Of a DNA stretch of 64,000 nt, positions 61,701 to 64,000 are shown one piece after another; position 1 is the first letter of the stretch; every line of letters begins with the position of its first letter. The DNA is from Magallana gigas (taxonomy: Eukaryota), in NCBI RefSeq assembly GCF_963853765.1, contig NC_088856.1, positions 3,348,001 through 3,412,000 on the forward strand, written 5' to 3'. The notes under the pieces were generated by a model. The model was not told where the DNA came from. It made no database searches and worked only from the letters and a program-made list of their open reading frames with translations. The position numbers and the translations under genes are program-made.

Positions 61701-64000
61701 ATTCAAAATTCAAACGCAACGTCAAGCGGATTAGTACGTTTTCGACGTTGGTGCATTGTGACGTGCAAACCAGGTTATACAAATTTAACTTATTTTTTTT
61801 TTATCCAATCAAATGCTATGTTACAACCAGAATTGAATTATTTAAGAAATAATTGCAGTTCCTCCATATGGACTTACAGTGGGAAAGAACAATGGATATG
61901 CAAATATATATATATATATGTATTGCCATACCAATAGTCTATTTTGTAATATGCTTGTAAATGTATTAATATATTTTAAAACCTGAGAGCAAAGAAACAT
62001 TAACGTGATTTGCCTGTCATGTGTCATATAGGTATCATGCAATCAAGTTGAGCGGAAGCACGATGTACACTATAATGAAGGTTCCGCCGCCCAGAAGGTA
62101 CACGGTCCCTGTCTCTGAGCAGACCCAGATAGCAGATCGGCGGATCTCAGAGAAACCCAGGGGGGTCACAAACAAAACTAACAACATGTCGTGCCCCGCT
62201 CTCCACTACTCATACGCCTCAACAGGAAGTGAAATCAGGCGGGACTTTCCGGGTGGGAGAAATGTTGCCGCCGAGAATTCAAAACCGTTGTTCAAGTCGT
62301 GCAGTGACGACAACAGGCAGACCTCGGGAAGTCCAGTAAAAGCTGGAATTCTGAGACCCACGGGACAGAGCTCTAGTGTCTGTGCCAAGGAGAGTAGCGC
62401 GAGTAAGCAGGGTAGTGTCCGTGAGTGGAGCAGCGGATACTGTACAGAGGACGCCCAACAGAGAGCGAATCAGACCGGAAGTCAGGCGCTCAAATATAGT
62501 CCGGAAGGCAGAAGTGCGGGACATGTTCAGTCACAAAACTCCCCACAAATCTCAAGGGGTGAGAGGAATGGAAGCATGGGCCCAAAGAGACTGAGTTTTA
62601 GCGAGGCGTTAGCGATAAATACAGATGATACAAGGGGTTATAATCCGCTGGGGAGAGGCCAGGAGTCACGTGATGCTGAACCGTCACGTGATAGCGAACA
62701 AGACTCTGAGAAAACATCAACAGAGTCCGACTCTAGCGAATCTGCCAAAATGCCGAAACCACGAAGGGTAATTACACGCTCCACCGATCAGTGCAAATTT
62801 ATCGCGTGTTAAAACATTAATTATATACGGTACATATATTAGTGTAAAGTTACACAAATGTGGAATCTATTTTATTAAAGAAAAAAAGAGAGAAAAAAAT
62901 GGCTTTAGCATCAACTACAATAAAGTTAAACACTTAATAAATTGTAGAAAGAATGAATAAAATATAGTTATGCAAATTCTTTCGATACTGTATTACATAT
63001 TTTTGTTTTAATCTAATACATTTAGGTAGTGAACAAGATCCACCAAGCGAGACCGGAGACTGAGAAACCATTCGAGAGAACCAAGGTTCCCAAAACCCGG
63101 ACCCGGAATAAGCCACTGTCACGTGACCGATTCCTGGTGATCGGTGGGATCGATCCGTTTGAAGTCACGGACTACCAGACCAGTCGGTTGGTGGAGGAGT
63201 ACTTCCCCGGCAAGTCGGAGTGGACAGCTAAGACCAGCCTCCCTGACTCACGCCACCACACGTGCGCATGCCTGTTGGACGGATTCATATACCTCGTCGG
63301 TGAGTACTATCGTTGTTTTTTTCACACGCATTTAATTTACTTTTTTAATGAATACAAATTGTATATCAACATTTTTTCATAAAGATTGATTATTTTTTCT
63401 CGACATATGATTTCTTAAAAATCTGTGGAAATACAAAAATTGTAAGACTCCTTTTTAAGGAAAGTTAACCAAATTTTTTCTCTAGTTGGCTACTGTAAAT
63501 TCCTTATCTACGCGATTCTGCCGTTTTGTATCAAATCGCGAGAATATAATATCGCGATCACTAGTTTTTGTTATAATTTCCTATAGTTTAAAACTGTCTT
63601 AAATATAAAAGCGAGATTTTTAAATTGGCGAGGGTTGCCTCTTGCGATTTTACGCAGAAATTAATTCCTCGCGTTTAATTAGAAATTTACAGTATGTATA
63701 CATGGAGGAGTTGGTGCTGCGAGAATTGACTACATTTCGATATTGATCGTGTCTATTCGAAAACGCCGACATCGTTATGTGCTCATGCTTAGATATATAC
63801 ATTTGTAAATAAGGATAGTACATGTTGACCGTTTATAATGTGTCTCTTTGCACAGGCGGATCCACTTACAGCCAAGAGAAGCCAGACAACCTGGCCAATC
63901 CGACCTCCACCTGTTTCCGGTACGATCCCGATAAAGATAACTGGTCCCGAATTTCCTCGCTACAGACTCCCCGAATGTACCACGGAGCTGGGGTTCTCGA
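58726..64000 (+). CDS. BTB-BACK-Kelch (KLHL-type) protein with long low-complexity segments; the gene continues beyond the right edge. Exons 58726-60287, 62032-62767, 63026-63299, 63856->64000
   Basis: BTB: MCDITIKVNEKEFHAHKLALAAHSEKF...LINYIYTNELTL. BACK: EVFMAVLRWINHDQSDRIKYAPMLIGCVRL. Kelch: FLVIGGIDP...VEEYFPGKSEWTAKTSLPDSRHHTCACLLDGFIYLVGG...FRYDPDKDNWSRISSLQTPRMYHGAGVL. Junction phases 2, 0, 1 are consistent. Confidence 0.9.
60998..61850 (+). mobile_element. Third copy of the hairpin-headed 19904-type element, interrupted by a MITE
   Basis: Imperfect hairpin head at about 61000-61145 and tail AAATTCAAACGCAACGTCAAGCGG...CCAATCAAA...CCAGAATTGAATTAT. TATTTAAGAAAT is directly repeated at both ends. 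Confidence 0.68.
61210..61693. mobile_element. 484-bp MITE with 20-bp perfect TIRs and TTAA target duplication (Kolobok-type signature)
   Basis: TTAA|GGTCAAGATCTAGTAAATGA ... TCATTTACTAGATCTTGACC|TTAA. Confidence 0.82.
63491..63694. mobile_element. ~200-bp TA-flanked MITE (TACTGTAAATT...AATTTACAGTA) in a Kelch-gene intron
   Basis: Terminal inverted repeats with TA ends; a related copy lies at 8032-8257. Confidence 0.72.

Overview
AT-rich, intron-rich animal genomic DNA, most likely a cupped oyster (Crassostrea/Magallana). That call is inferred from the ~166-bp Cg170-like satellite monomers carried in Helentron-type elements. Eight spliced protein-coding genes were reconstructed by hand with GT-AG junctions and consistent phases: ERC/ELKS (-, runs off the left edge), RAD52 (+, head-to-head with ERC as in human), a fibulin-1/2-like gene (+), an LHFPL/TMHS tetraspanin (-), a secreted chitin-binding protein (+), PSPH (-) and PPIL1 (+) sharing a very short divergent promoter, and a BTB-BACK-Kelch gene (+, runs off the right edge). 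The most unusual signal is a set of about ten unrelated minisatellites anchored on exon-intron junctions of RAD52, fibulin and the chitin-binding gene. Most copy the splice site itself and produce arrays of decoy donors or acceptors; one array gives 16 in-frame, stop-free donors in RAD52. The window also holds many non-autonomous elements: 34-41 bp hairpin insertions with 7-bp target duplications, a 1.95-kb foldback element with TAC..GTA ends and a 6-bp TSD (IS3EU-like), hairpin-headed elements of unclear class, a TTAA-flanked MITE nested in one of them, Tc1/mariner-type MITEs and Helentron-type satellite carriers. No rRNA, tRNA gene or CRISPR array was seen. All coordinates and counts were read by eye and no database search was run.
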